This document shows, piece by piece, positions 32,946-43,022 of a DNA stretch of 64,000 nucleotides. Positions within the stretch are counted from its first letter, which is position 1. Every line of letters starts with the position of its first letter. The stretch is from Candidatus Latescibacterota bacterium. Lineage in GTDB: Bacteria > Latescibacterota > CBDEFO01. Location: the NCBI GenBank assembly GCA_965237525.1, contig CBDEFO010000007.1:352001-416000 (forward strand), written 5' to 3'. The notes below the pieces were generated by a model. That model was not told the origin of the DNA. It saw only the letters and a list, made by a program, of their open reading frames with translations, and made no database searches. The translations under genes and the position numbers were made by a program.

Positions 32946-34485
32946 AAAGGCTTGTGAAATAGTTATCTTGTAGGCAGCGTCTGAAACGCCAATTATGGGT
33001 CAAACAGTAGCATATCGTATCGTTTTGCTATGGGATAAGCAAAATAGTCTCATCAGAGTTCTCGTCAGCAAGGAATAGGAGCTGTTTGAAGAACAGGATG
33101 CACTCTCTTCGACAGATAGAGCACATGCAGATGCTTTCCCCCTTCTTATGAAGGACACAAGCCTCTTGAGATTCTGTACCGTTGCAACAAGATTTAACTG
33201 TTCATTCAGTGAGGCTAGTCCTCTGTAACGGGCTCGTCCCATACCGTGCTGTTGCTTGGCTTCAGCAAAGATATGTTCACTGCGTTTACGGAGTCTCTGG
33301 GAGAGTTTGTAGTCAGCTGTTAATGAGATAGACCGTGCATGATTTCTGGCTTTCGCCTCTCGCACTTTTCTATCCCATTCGGTCTGAATATGTGCGAAAT
33401 TTGTCTTCTTTTTTCCAAGTAGGAATGGGATCAATCTCTTCACCTGATCGCAGAGGAATGTGGGGTATGATCCCCCGGTCACATACATCGGCGATAAAAT
33501 TACCTGAACCGTAACCTTTATCGGCAGCAAGTGTCCGAACGTCTTCGGGAATGGTGTACGTCTCAAGGTCATCAACCATCTTAAGGGCACTTTCGGACTC
33601 TGCTGTCCCTGTCGCCTGTGTGCCCTGTGTCTCAAGGATTACTCTGCTTTTTGTGTCCCCGATAGATTCAATCGGGGATCAGATCACGGCCCATAAACGA
33701 GAGAAAAGCCCCTTTGCCCTTTGATTTCCTGTACAAGCGGGCGTCGGGGTCTGTAATCGAACGATGTGTTTGGTTCGTCCACTTTTCACCATGAAAGTCT
33801 TTATCCTGAGGATGCACAGACCTACCCTTTGTCTTATCACCTTCAAAACCAATTCCCTTGAGGTAGTCATCAAGAGAAACAGGAGGTTCTATCGGCTCAA
33901 TACTCTTCACTGAAGCATCAGCTTGTATCTGAGTGCCATCAACACTAAGGTGTTTACCGCTCACAAGACCGACATCTATGCAGCACTGGACTACCTGATA
34001 CATTATCCGTTCAAACAACCCACTCGATGCCCACTTGTGATTGCGAAGCTTGTTGATCGTGCTTCTATCCGGAACCGCATCCTCAAATGTCTGATGACAA
34101 AACAACCGATATGCCGCATGCATCCCCACTTCCTGACAGAGCCGATTCTCACTCAAATTATACAGATAGCCAATAAGGATAATTCGAACAACCAATTCAG
34201 GATCAATGCCAGGTGTGCCATTGTCAGGGCAATAACAATCTGATACAACGCCTAGTACAAATGAAAAATCAACTGCCTCATCAATCTGACGGAGGATATG
34301 ATCCTCGGGAACTAAATCCTCCATCTGAAAATAGTGAACAATCGGATTTGTCTGTTCCTTCTTTTGTGGGGTCATTCTTTCCTACATGTATAATATTATC
34401 AATAACATAATATAATACATTGGACCTGCTTTATCAATGCTTTTTTTATACTATTTTCTGAATCTAAGGGTTTTCACAAGGCTTC
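32946..34485 (-). mobile_element. IS1182-family insertion sequence, copy 2 (diverged; transposase frameshifted)
   Basis: Same terminal IRs in reverse; transposase broken into ORFs 33668-34375, 33370-33579 and 33000-33635; carries a 19-bp insertion. Confidence 0.9.
33658..33676 (+). repeat. 19-bp palindromic micro-element inserted in the transposase
   Basis: Absent at the equivalent site (GATC^GACAC) of IS copies 1 and 3. Confidence 0.95.
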
Positions 34486-34724
34486 TAAGAGATGCAGGTA
34501 TTCGACGGATTCGGTTTCACGATCTGTGTCACACTTACGCCAGCTTGTTGATCGCCCATGGGGAAAGTCCCAAGTATATCCAGAATCAGCTTGGACACGC
34601 GTCCATCACAACGACACTGGATCGGTATGGTCATCTGATGCCGGAGGTTCATCGGGAGGCAGCAAAGCGACTGGACGACCAGTTGTTTGGCGGGTTTAGG
34701 AGATTTACAGTAGAAAAACAGTAG
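34486..34724 (+). pseudogene. Tyrosine integrase C-terminal remnant
   Basis: RIRFHDLCHTYASLLI..GESPKYIQNQLGHASITTTLDRYGHL; the catalytic Arg of HxxR reads Cys; the N-terminus is missing. Confidence 0.85.
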
Positions 34725-34773
34725 AAAAAACGCAACGGGCTTCGACAGAGTTTTCGTAGCCCGTTGCGTTTTT
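34725..34773 (+). terminator. Bidirectional terminator-like hairpin after the integrase
   Basis: AAAAAACGCAACGGGCT...AGCCCGTTGCGTTTTT. Confidence 0.65.
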
Positions 34774-34860
34774 ATGTCGTATTCAGAAGGACGCGAACCA
34801 TGAGCTTATTGATCAGTTGTCAAGTAATTTTTTTCCACTGTTCCCCCCGTCGCTTTCTAC

Positions 34861-35955
34861 TTATTTCACCATTCCTCTGGCCTTGACCTTCCAGGCTAAT
34901 TCGACTTTATCGTTTCTTATTCCGACTATTTCGTCCCACAGGTTGGATACTACACAGGCGTGTACGGGGATTATCTCCAATCTGTCACCGATCTTTATAT
35001 CTTTGGAAGGCTTGTCCAACCTCAGGATTCCGTGTTCTTCGTTCGACCAATCGTAGATGACTCCGTCTATTCCCTTGATTATTCCCAGTCCCTTTGCAAA
35101 GGGATGCGTGTCGCTTGTGAAGGTTTTATTTCCTCCATCTATGACGGCTCTGTCTCGTGCAGGTCTGCTGACTACTGTGGATATGACACTAAGGGCACAT
35201 CTTTCCTGGTCTACTACGTTCAACCCTACGGCTGATGCGTCGTAATAGACGTAGTTTCCGGGTCTTTCTTCAGTGACTCCTTTGATCTTGCAGGTCTCTG
35301 CCGAGGTGGGCGTGGCACCCATGCTGATTTCTTCGATGTTGAAGCCGTCACCCCGCAGTAGATCAGCGTTTGCTACCATTTCTTCGGCAGATTCTGTGCC
35401 TATCTTTATTCCCTGTTTTCTGTCATCGGTAGTATGTACATGCCCTGCGTGAGAGTATATCCCTATGATATTGATGCCGTTGAGCTTGGATACGTCTCTT
35501 GCAAACTGCAAAGTCGGCTCTCCCGGTAGAACCCCTGTGCGCTTAAAGCCTGTGTCTACCTCTATCAGTACGTCTACGGAAAGCCCTCTTGATTTTAGGT
35601 AATCTGACATCATCGAGGCGGCTTCCAGATCCTCTACGGAGGTTCTTATTTTGCATCTTCCCATTAGGGCTTCTAATCGCCGCATCTTACGTTCACCTAT
35701 AAGGGGATAGGCGACAAATATGTCTTCTATTCCCTCACAGCACATAATCTCCGCTTCGCCGAGTTTGGCGACTGTGATGCCTACAGCTCCTGCTCCTATC
35801 TGCATTCGGGCGATCTCCGGTATCTTATGGCTCTTGATGTGGGGACGGAGTTTGACCCCATAGCTCTGGACTGCATCCTGCATTTCGCAAATATTTCTGG
35901 AGAGTTTGTCCAGATCTACAACAGCTACGGGAGTTTCGAGTTGATCTTTGTGCAT
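34861..35955 (-). CDS. D-threonine aldolase/DSD1 family PLP-dependent enzyme
   Basis: LRPHIKSHK PLP lysine; RPGNYVYYD; NEEHG; IPVHAC. Confidence 0.9.
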   Translation of the reverse strand: MHKDQLETPVAVVDLDKLSRNICEMQDAVQSYGVKLRPHIKSHKIPEIARMQIGAGAVGITVAKLGEAEIMCCEGIEDIFVAYPLIGERKMRRLEALMGRCKIRTSVEDLEAASMMSDYLKSRGLSVDVLIEVDTGFKRTGVLPGEPTLQFARDVSKLNGINIIGIYSHAGHVHTTDDRKQGIKIGTESAEEMVANADLLRGDGFNIEEISMGATPTSAETCKIKGVTEERPGNYVYYDASAVGLNVVDQERCALSVISTVVSRPARDRAVIDGGNKTFTSDTHPFAKGLGIIKGIDGVIYDWSNEEHGILRLDKPSKDIKIGDRLEIIPVHACVVSNLWDEIVGIRNDKVELAWKVKARGMVK

Positions 35956-36185
35956 GTCCTACGCTCCTGTGGATAACTATTATGGGCTTGACTTGTGGAT
36001 TTGTCGGCCTTATATTTCTTGGGTTGGCAATGGAATAAGATAAGCATTTGTCTTTCAAATATCCAGTTAAATTTGTGCATTTTGCACCGAACATAGTCAA
36101 AATATGCAGACAGCCAACAGTATACAGGGATGGGAGGCGGTGCCCTGTCTACTGACCACTGTCTACTGAAATGTGAGGAGGGACA

Positions 36186-36704
36186 GTGGAAATACTTAAA
36201 ATTTTTTATTCCTTCGCCAAGGTCGGGATCTTTGGATATGGCGGAGGACCTTCGATGTTACCTCTGATCCAGGAGGAGGTTGTGGATGTGAACAGGTGGA
36301 TGACCGTCGAGGAGTTTACAGACGCTCTTGCTATGGGAAATTCGCTTCCGGGACCGATAGCTACCAAGATGGCTGCCTATGTGGGATTTAAGATCTCTGG
36401 CATCCTGGGGGCTATATCGGGGATAATAGGCGTAATATTCCCTTCGGCCGTGGCTATGTTGGTTCTGGCCACAATATTTTTTGAGATAAAGGATTCTCCC
36501 AAGACCAAGTCGGTCCTCGAGGCGGTAAGGCCGGTGATCGTGGCGCTTATGTTTATGATAGTTTACGAGATATTCCCCAAGTCTGTGATTTCGTGGCACA
36601 CGGCAGCAATAGCTCTTGCTGCATTTGTGTTAGTGGTCTTTTTTAACGTTCACCCTGCGCTGACAATTTTAGGGGCGGCGATCATAGGTTTCATATTCTA
36701 CTAA
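36186..36704 (+). CDS. Chromate transporter (short, monodomain ChrA family)
   Basis: FGYGGGP and LPGPIAT motifs. Confidence 0.85.
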   Translation: MEILKIFYSFAKVGIFGYGGGPSMLPLIQEEVVDVNRWMTVEEFTDALAMGNSLPGPIATKMAAYVGFKISGILGAISGIIGVIFPSAVAMLVLATIFFEIKDSPKTKSVLEAVRPVIVALMFMIVYEIFPKSVISWHTAAIALAAFVLVVFFNVHPALTILGAAIIGFIFY

Positions 36705-36732
36705 TCGATCAAAAAAGGGAGAGATGCCCTGA

Positions 36733-37400
36733 AGACAGATAGAAAAACAGTGCTGATTGCTGCTGCTGCGGGAAATATCGGATCCAATATAGCTAAAGCT
36801 CTCAGTCCTTATCATGTTCTGACCTTGATATATTGTAAGGTTGGACAAGGGATTATTTAAGCGGACGTGCGCCGGTACAATAAATGCTTGACGGAGCACT
36901 TTGAATCTATAGATGTGCTGCTCAATTTTGCCTCCAATCCGTGTGCATCAATATCGTGGAGGGAGGCAGGAGTTAATTTCAGTTTGCCTGCCAACGCGCT
37001 AAATTCATGCGTCTACGGTGGTGTAAAGCGAATCGGAATGGCAAGCTCCAATCATACCTTAAGCGGATACGAACATGCTGAACAGCCACCGGAGACTTAC
37101 ACTCCTGAAACAGAACCGAACCTTGGAAATCCCTATGGGCTGTAAAGTATATAGAGGAGAAGCTATCTTTAAGTTTTCATCAGGCGTACGCGTTGGAGGT
37201 GGTTATGTTCAAGATAGGTTGGGTCAGAACGGATGAAAATCCTCCTCTCTACGCACTGGCCGGGGCTATGTGTTGTGGCTGAGCAATGACGCCGCCGCAC
37301 AGCTTTCCCGAAAAGTTGTGGAGGCCCAGAATATCACCTATCACGTTTTGAGCGCCACTCGATGACGTGCGACGGGCTTTGGGATATGAATCGGCAGATG
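36733..37400 (+). pseudogene. Degraded NAD-dependent epimerase/dehydratase
   Basis: KTVLIAAAAGNIGSNIAKAL, MASSNH and GNPYGL fragments in shifting frames. Confidence 0.55.
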
Positions 37401-37427
37401 GCGCGATGAAAACAAGGTAAAGAGGAT

Positions 37428-38777
37428 ATGAACTACAAGGAGGCGTACGATTATGTCTACAGCTTCATAGACTACGAGAGGGTAAGAGACAGTAGATACG
37501 ACCGCCGCTCTTACAATATAGAGAGGACTTCGGCTCTGCTTGAACTCTTGGGGAATCCGCACAGGGATTTTGACGCTGTGCACATCGCTGGCACGAAGGG
37601 AAAGGGGTCAACCGCTGCGATGGTGGCGTCTATCTTGAGGTCAGCGGGGCTTTCCGTAGGTCTCTTTACGTCTCCTCATCTTCTCGATTTCAGAGAGCGG
37701 ATAAATGTCGGTGGGAAGATGATCTCTAGAGAAGATATATGTCGAGAGGTCGAGCGTATTGAGCCTTGTGTGCGAAAGATAACGAGAAAGCCTGAGTTTA
37801 AGGACCTGACTTTCTGGGAGGTGTTGACGTCTCTATCTTTTGACTATTTTTCTCAAAAGAAGGTAAATTTTGCTGTGGTCGAAGTGGGAATGGGCGGGAG
37901 GTTGGACGCCACGAATGTTCTTTCTCCCGCCCTTTCGGCTATTACTCCTATCGGCTTGGATCATATGGATAAGTTGGGGGATACGGTGGAGAGGATAGCG
38001 TCGGAGAAAGCGGGGATTATCAAGGAGAACGGAGTCGTAATAAGCGGGGTTCAGCCCCCGAAAGCCGCAGAGGTCATCTGCTCTTTCTGTGAGCGTAAAG
38101 GGGCCAGGTTGGTGGAATTGGGCGTGGATGTCATATTCAAAAGGGAGTCCTTCTGCATGTCAAGTCAGGTTTTTTCTCTGAGGACTCCGACAAGAAGGTA
38201 CGAGGATCTCAGGATCCCTTTGATAGGACGGCATCAGGTGGAGAACGCCGCTATGGCGGCGGCGATTGTCGACCTCTTATCTCTTTCGGAAGATATTCCG
38301 CCCGAACAGAGAGGTGCCCTATCTGAAGGGGCAATTAGAGATGGATTGTCTTCTGTAGTATTGCCGGGGCGCCTTCAGATAGTCTCCCAAAAGCCGACCC
38401 TTGTTTTAGATGGGGCGCATAATCCGGATAAGGCTAAAGCTCTCAGAGAGGCCGTGGAGGAGTTTTTTAGATACAACAGGTTGATATTAGTATTCGGAGC
38501 AAATCTGGACAAGGACATACCGGCATTCTGGAGAGAGATCGGGGATATGTGTGATATAGTAGTGCTGACGAAGGTGGATTTCCCGAAGGCGGTGGAGCCT
38601 GAGTTTATAGCTGAGGGGATAGAAAAGCCTAAAAGCAAGGTGATAATAACTCAGAATGTGGCTGAGGCTATAGACAAAGCGCGCTCGGAGGCTGCCCCGG
38701 ATGATCTTATATTGGTAACGGGCTCTTTCTATGTTGTAGGAGATGCTATGAAGCACTTAGGGATAGAGGCTTCATAG
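37428..38777 (+). CDS. folC: Folylpolyglutamate synthase/dihydrofolate synthase
   Basis: HIAGTKGKGST, TSPHL, EVGMGGRLDATN and LDGAHNP. Confidence 0.95.
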   Translation: MNYKEAYDYVYSFIDYERVRDSRYDRRSYNIERTSALLELLGNPHRDFDAVHIAGTKGKGSTAAMVASILRSAGLSVGLFTSPHLLDFRERINVGGKMISREDICREVERIEPCVRKITRKPEFKDLTFWEVLTSLSFDYFSQKKVNFAVVEVGMGGRLDATNVLSPALSAITPIGLDHMDKLGDTVERIASEKAGIIKENGVVISGVQPPKAAEVICSFCERKGARLVELGVDVIFKRESFCMSSQVFSLRTPTRRYEDLRIPLIGRHQVENAAMAAAIVDLLSLSEDIPPEQRGALSEGAIRDGLSSVVLPGRLQIVSQKPTLVLDGAHNPDKAKALREAVEEFFRYNRLILVFGANLDKDIPAFWREIGDMCDIVVLTKVDFPKAVEPEFIAEGIEKPKSKVIITQNVAEAIDKARSEAAPDDLILVTGSFYVVGDAMKHLGIEAS

Positions 38778-38786
38778 GAGCATAAT

Positions 38787-39533
38787 CTATTCGTTAATGC
38801 AAAAGAGCGAGTTTTTGGCTGGTATATCACTCTTGATGCCCGAGTAGTGATAAACCCTGGTGATCTCTTTCCCATTTTCAATTATGGGTGTCGGCCCTTC
38901 GATGACAAAGTCGGAAAAGTGGGGAGTGTTGAACGCTACAAATGCCAGACTCAACGCCTCGATGTTCCGATCGTACCTGTTTGTCAGATCAGGAAACAAA
39001 ACAGGGCCAGTATCGACCTGATAGATGCTTTTTCCCTCATTGGCGTTCAGAGTCTTGACGGGATATTCGATGATCGCTCGCATCTTGGTGTTATCGTTCC
39101 ATATCTCAGTCCTTCCGACGACCGGAAGACCCTTCAGCGCTGTCTGTACGACCTTTGCATTATCATCGAGGACCTGTACCGAACTTGCTTTCTTGATGAC
39201 AAATCTGTGTCCTCCCCAGACATCTTTTGCCTTGCGGTATTCGATGTAGTTTGCCCTGCGGGGTTCGATGTAGTCCGGATTGCAGAGGGCGTGTCTTCTG
39301 AAGAAGACGATGTCCTCTTGACTGAAGACAGGCAGGAAATCGTAGTTGGGATCCTGGAAGAGATCTTTTTCTGCAAAGGTGTGTTCGCTCTTGCACGATG
39401 CACACTGGTAGTAACCGTCTTGGGTCCCATTCTCCTCATCTATGATCTTACAGTAGGACTCGACCCAAAACTGGGGTGCATTTTCTGGTCCTGTCGTACA
39501 GACAAACGATTTCCCAAAGTCAATGCAGTCCAT
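38787..39533 (-). CDS. Conserved hypothetical protein
   Basis: 248-aa ORF with AGGAG RBS and CASCKSEHTF motif; directly downstream of the aminotransferase. Confidence 0.65.
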   Translation of the reverse strand: MDCIDFGKSFVCTTGPENAPQFWVESYCKIIDEENGTQDGYYQCASCKSEHTFAEKDLFQDPNYDFLPVFSQEDIVFFRRHALCNPDYIEPRRANYIEYRKAKDVWGGHRFVIKKASSVQVLDDNAKVVQTALKGLPVVGRTEIWNDNTKMRAIIEYPVKTLNANEGKSIYQVDTGPVLFPDLTNRYDRNIEALSLAFVAFNTPHFSDFVIEGPTPIIENGKEITRVYHYSGIKSDIPAKNSLFCINE

Positions 39534-39594
39534 TATTTTCTCCTTGCTATAACTTCAATCGTCTTCACGGAATTACTGTAATAATCTGACGCCG

Positions 39595-40830
39595 CTACAG
39601 CAGTTCATCCACATTTTCCACCACCTTCTCTACGGCTCTGATTATATCTTTCATATCTTCCTCTGTTCCCAAAAGAACGCTGTGTTTAAGCCAGCCCACT
39701 GTCTCCTTGCAGATTCTCTCGCAGTTGGGAAGATAGACTTTTGTGTAGTCTATTTCCACTGCGTAGTAGAGACGCGATACGGGACGGTATTTGGGTCCTT
39801 CTCCCATATTCTGGAAGAATGGATTCTTGTAGAGAGGTATGTCATAACCCGTTCCGAAGGGTACTCCTTCAGCGTTGACGCCTTCTATGAAGCGTTCCCT
39901 TGGGAGTCCCTCGAATTTATCCTGGTCATATCTGAGCAGGTAGAGGTGATTTGAGCTCCTGCCGACTCGAGGGTCTCTCTTTGCCGGGGTAATTCCGTCT
40001 ATTTGTGAGAATCCTTCCGTGAGTATGGCTGCGTTTTTCTCTCTGAGGTGGCTGTGTTGCTCGAATCTTTCGAGTTGCGCGAGGAGAATGGCACCCTGAA
40101 TTTCAGTCATTCTGTAGTTTGTGCCAAGGATGTAGTGTTCGTACCAGGGCTTGTTCTTACCCCTGCCGCAGTTGATGAAGGATCGAGCCTGATCTGCAAT
40201 TTCCTCGTTATTGGTGAGGAGTATGCCGCCTTCTCCTGCGGTTATGTTCTTGCTCATCTGGAAGCTGAAACAGCCCACATCTCCGATAGCTCCGACCTTT
40301 GTTCCGTTCCATATGCTTCCCCAGGCTTGAGCGGCATCCTCTATTACGCCGAGATTGTGTTTTTTGGCGATCTCCTTGATCTCATCCATATTGGCGGGGA
40401 GTCCGGCAAAGTGGACGGGGAGGATGGCTTTGGTCCTTTCGGTTATGGCGTCTTCTAGCTTTTGGGGGTCTATATTCCATGTGTCAAGTTCGATGTCCAC
40501 AAAGATGGGGACGGCGTTCATCTTTAACACTGAACTTGCGGTAGCCATAAATGTGTAGGGCGGGACTATGACTTCGTCTCCCGCGCCGATTCCCAAAGAT
40601 AGGATGGCAGTCTCTAAGGCCGTTGTGCCACTCGTGGTGGTGATGCCAAATGTTGCATCGTGGTAAGCTGCGTACTTCTCCTCGAACTCGTGAACTTTCT
40701 CTCCGTACCACCATTTTCCGCTACTGAGTACCTCGTTTACGAGTTCTTTTTCTCTTTCGCCGTGCACTGGCCAGCCTGCAAAAGGTTTCACGCGGACTTT
40801 CTCTCCTCCGTTGATGGCTAACTTGGGCAT
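39595..40830 (-). CDS. DegT/DnrJ/EryC1/StrS aminotransferase
   Basis: SGTTALE, IEDAAQA and FSFQMSKNITAGEGG. Confidence 0.93.
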   Translation of the reverse strand: MPKLAINGGEKVRVKPFAGWPVHGEREKELVNEVLSSGKWWYGEKVHEFEEKYAAYHDATFGITTTSGTTALETAILSLGIGAGDEVIVPPYTFMATASSVLKMNAVPIFVDIELDTWNIDPQKLEDAITERTKAILPVHFAGLPANMDEIKEIAKKHNLGVIEDAAQAWGSIWNGTKVGAIGDVGCFSFQMSKNITAGEGGILLTNNEEIADQARSFINCGRGKNKPWYEHYILGTNYRMTEIQGAILLAQLERFEQHSHLREKNAAILTEGFSQIDGITPAKRDPRVGRSSNHLYLLRYDQDKFEGLPRERFIEGVNAEGVPFGTGYDIPLYKNPFFQNMGEGPKYRPVSRLYYAVEIDYTKVYLPNCERICKETVGWLKHSVLLGTEEDMKDIIRAVEKVVENVDELL

Positions 40831-40882
40831 CCTTTCCCTTCCTTTTTTCTGACAGGGCTGAGAGGAGTCGCCCTGTCTATCC

Positions 40883-40901
40883 CCTGATTAAGTCTATCGG
40901 G
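40883..40901 (-). repeat. 19-bp micro-element variant
   Basis: Reverse complement reads CCCGATAGACTTAATCAGG. Confidence 0.7.
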
Positions 40902-40914
40902 AGCTACTGCTTAC

Positions 40915-41552
40915 TTGTTTTATAGGCGGATTATCCTGCAAAGCGTTGCAGTTTGTGCGCCGCAGAGGCAGAAGTCTCTGTCTTTTATGGCCGGTCCGTA
41001 TGGTTCGGGGTCTGATTCATTAAGTTGTACTTCATCCACATCTCTCCGATTCGAACGTCGGATTCGTATATGGTTCTACGGTTTGTCCCAACGCACCAGA
41101 GGAAATCGGATTCCCAAGTTATACCGTGAGGTCTGCTTCCGGGCGCGGGGAATGAGTGGAGGACCGACAGGTCTTCCGGGTCGAGTTGATAGGTCGTGGC
41201 AGAGGGCGGATTTGAGACCCAGAGCTTCCCCTCTTTCCATTGATGCGGTGTGATCCCCTGCTCGTGGGCTCGGCAGAGGGAAAGGATCTGATTGTGGAAC
41301 CGTTATAAGGTGAGACTTTGAGTATCCTCCGGTCGAGGGTGGAGGAAATCCACCGGCGCCGCCCGAAAAAGTTATGCCGCCGGGTCGGTAGGATTCGGTC
41401 TGAAGGTTCAGAACTAAGGAACTGCCCTCGTCGCTTACCCTTTGGACTCGATCTGTGCCCTGGTCGATTCTCCAGAGGCCCTCATCCTTCGCTAGATGTC
41501 CGCCAGGATGTGAGTTAGGGGATTTGAAGGGTGTTTCCACTTTTATAGGCAT
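40915..41552 (-). pseudogene. Degraded beta-propeller-like gene remnant
   Basis: MPIKVETPFKSP..HPGG..LW.IDQ..TESYRPGGITF.GG, then frames break down. Confidence 0.35.
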
Positions 41553-41589
41553 AGCAAAAATCTCCAATGATAAGAGGAGGCAAATGAGA

Positions 41590-42957
41590 TCATATCTCTC
41601 CCACAAATCTTCCGGGACTCAATATTCCCTTGGAGTCAAACTTGGTCTTAATGAGTTTCATAAGGTGCAGGTCTTCTCCCATTTTCCCCCATACGTCTAT
41701 CTTTTCCTTTATCTGTGTAGGAGCCGATTCTACTACTAAACTCCCTCCTGAATCGGAAGTCCTTCTCCTGAGCTCTTCTATGGCCTCAATGACCACATCA
41801 GTTTCTGCGCTTAATTCCGAAAGATAGATGTAGAGTACGCCAGACCCCGCATGGCTAATCGCCGGAATATCTGTGTCGTATCTTTCGGATATATCTTCAG
41901 AGGCCCTTAATATATCGCCCACGTGTGAAGGCAAAACAGACGCCTTGCAGATTATGGGTATTTCTGCTTCTGCTTTCCTCCCGAAATTTCTCACGCTGTC
42001 CCACAGCTTTTCATGTTCACCACCTTCGATGCATTCTATATGGAGCGGATCCTTGGTCTCTATTATCTTTCTGATGTCCGACAATTGTCTTTGCACAGCC
42101 TCTTTTAGCCCTTCAACTGAGGCCACGAGGTTGAACCTCGACTCCGTGCGGAAGTTGTCCTTCTGTATGGATATATCCGCCTGCTCTGACACGCCGGAAG
42201 ATGCTGCGGAATTTAGAAGTTCTATAGCGCTGGGAATTAGTTGTGATGATAGGATTTCGGAGGCGGATTTCAGCGCAGGCTCGATAGATGAAAAGCGGGC
42301 AATAAGCGATCCTTCTGACTCCGGCAAGGGATAGAGCTTGAAGTTCAACTCGACTATAATTCCTAACGTTCCCAGAGAGTTTATATAAAGCTTGTTAAGA
42401 TCGTAGCCAGTTACGTTCTTGACGACCCTGCTCCCTGAATTTACTATGTCTCCATTGGCCCTTACTACTTTTGTCCCTATCACTAAATCCCGTGCTGTTC
42501 CGTACAAAAGCCTCTTGGGCCCGCTCGAATTGGACGCTATGATGCCTCCTATTGTGGCTTTGGAGCAATAAGGAGGGTCTAGGGGTATGCACTGTCCCTT
42601 CTCTTTCAACTGAGCTTGCAAATCATCCATCACGATCCCAGCCTGAACCGATGCGACGAGGTCTGCCACTTCGTGAAATATGATCCTGTTCAGGCGCAAT
42701 GTCGAAAGTACTATGTCTATTCTCTGGGGAGGAGCACCCAGGCGCATCTTTGTTCCGCCGCCTCTCGGGAGGATAGACATGTCCTCACAGGATGCGATTT
42801 TCATAATGTCTGATATTTGTTCTACCATTTCGGGAAAGATGGTTATTTGGGGAGACATACCGTCCACTGCGTAAAGTTCCAATTTGGATGGAGGAGCGAC
42901 GTTGGAAGAGCCGACTATATCCTCCATTTTCCTTGTCAATCGGTCGTGGTCAGGCAT
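41590..42957 (-). CDS. glcE: Glycolate oxidase FAD-binding subunit
   Basis: ATIGGIIA.N.SGP.RL.YG..RDLVIG, VVKNVTGYDL and FD..GILSPGRF. Confidence 0.8.
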   Translation of the reverse strand: MPDHDRLTRKMEDIVGSSNVAPPSKLELYAVDGMSPQITIFPEMVEQISDIMKIASCEDMSILPRGGGTKMRLGAPPQRIDIVLSTLRLNRIIFHEVADLVASVQAGIVMDDLQAQLKEKGQCIPLDPPYCSKATIGGIIASNSSGPKRLLYGTARDLVIGTKVVRANGDIVNSGSRVVKNVTGYDLNKLYINSLGTLGIIVELNFKLYPLPESEGSLIARFSSIEPALKSASEILSSQLIPSAIELLNSAASSGVSEQADISIQKDNFRTESRFNLVASVEGLKEAVQRQLSDIRKIIETKDPLHIECIEGGEHEKLWDSVRNFGRKAEAEIPIICKASVLPSHVGDILRASEDISERYDTDIPAISHAGSGVLYIYLSELSAETDVVIEAIEELRRRTSDSGGSLVVESAPTQIKEKIDVWGKMGEDLHLMKLIKTKFDSKGILSPGRFVGEI

Positions 42958-43022
42958 AGCGCGAAGTTCTATTTTCCATGGTTGTTAGATCGCTCAAGTT
43001 AGAGTTCGTTTCCAGTTTTATC

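Larger units (their letters stand above)
13990..34827. mobile_element. Decayed genomic island bounded by a 17-bp direct repeat
   Basis: GATCAGTTGTCAAGTAA at 13990-14006 and 34811-34827; integrase remnant next to the right copy; AGTAGAA repeats inside both ends; mosaic cargo with many gene fragments. Confidence 0.65.
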
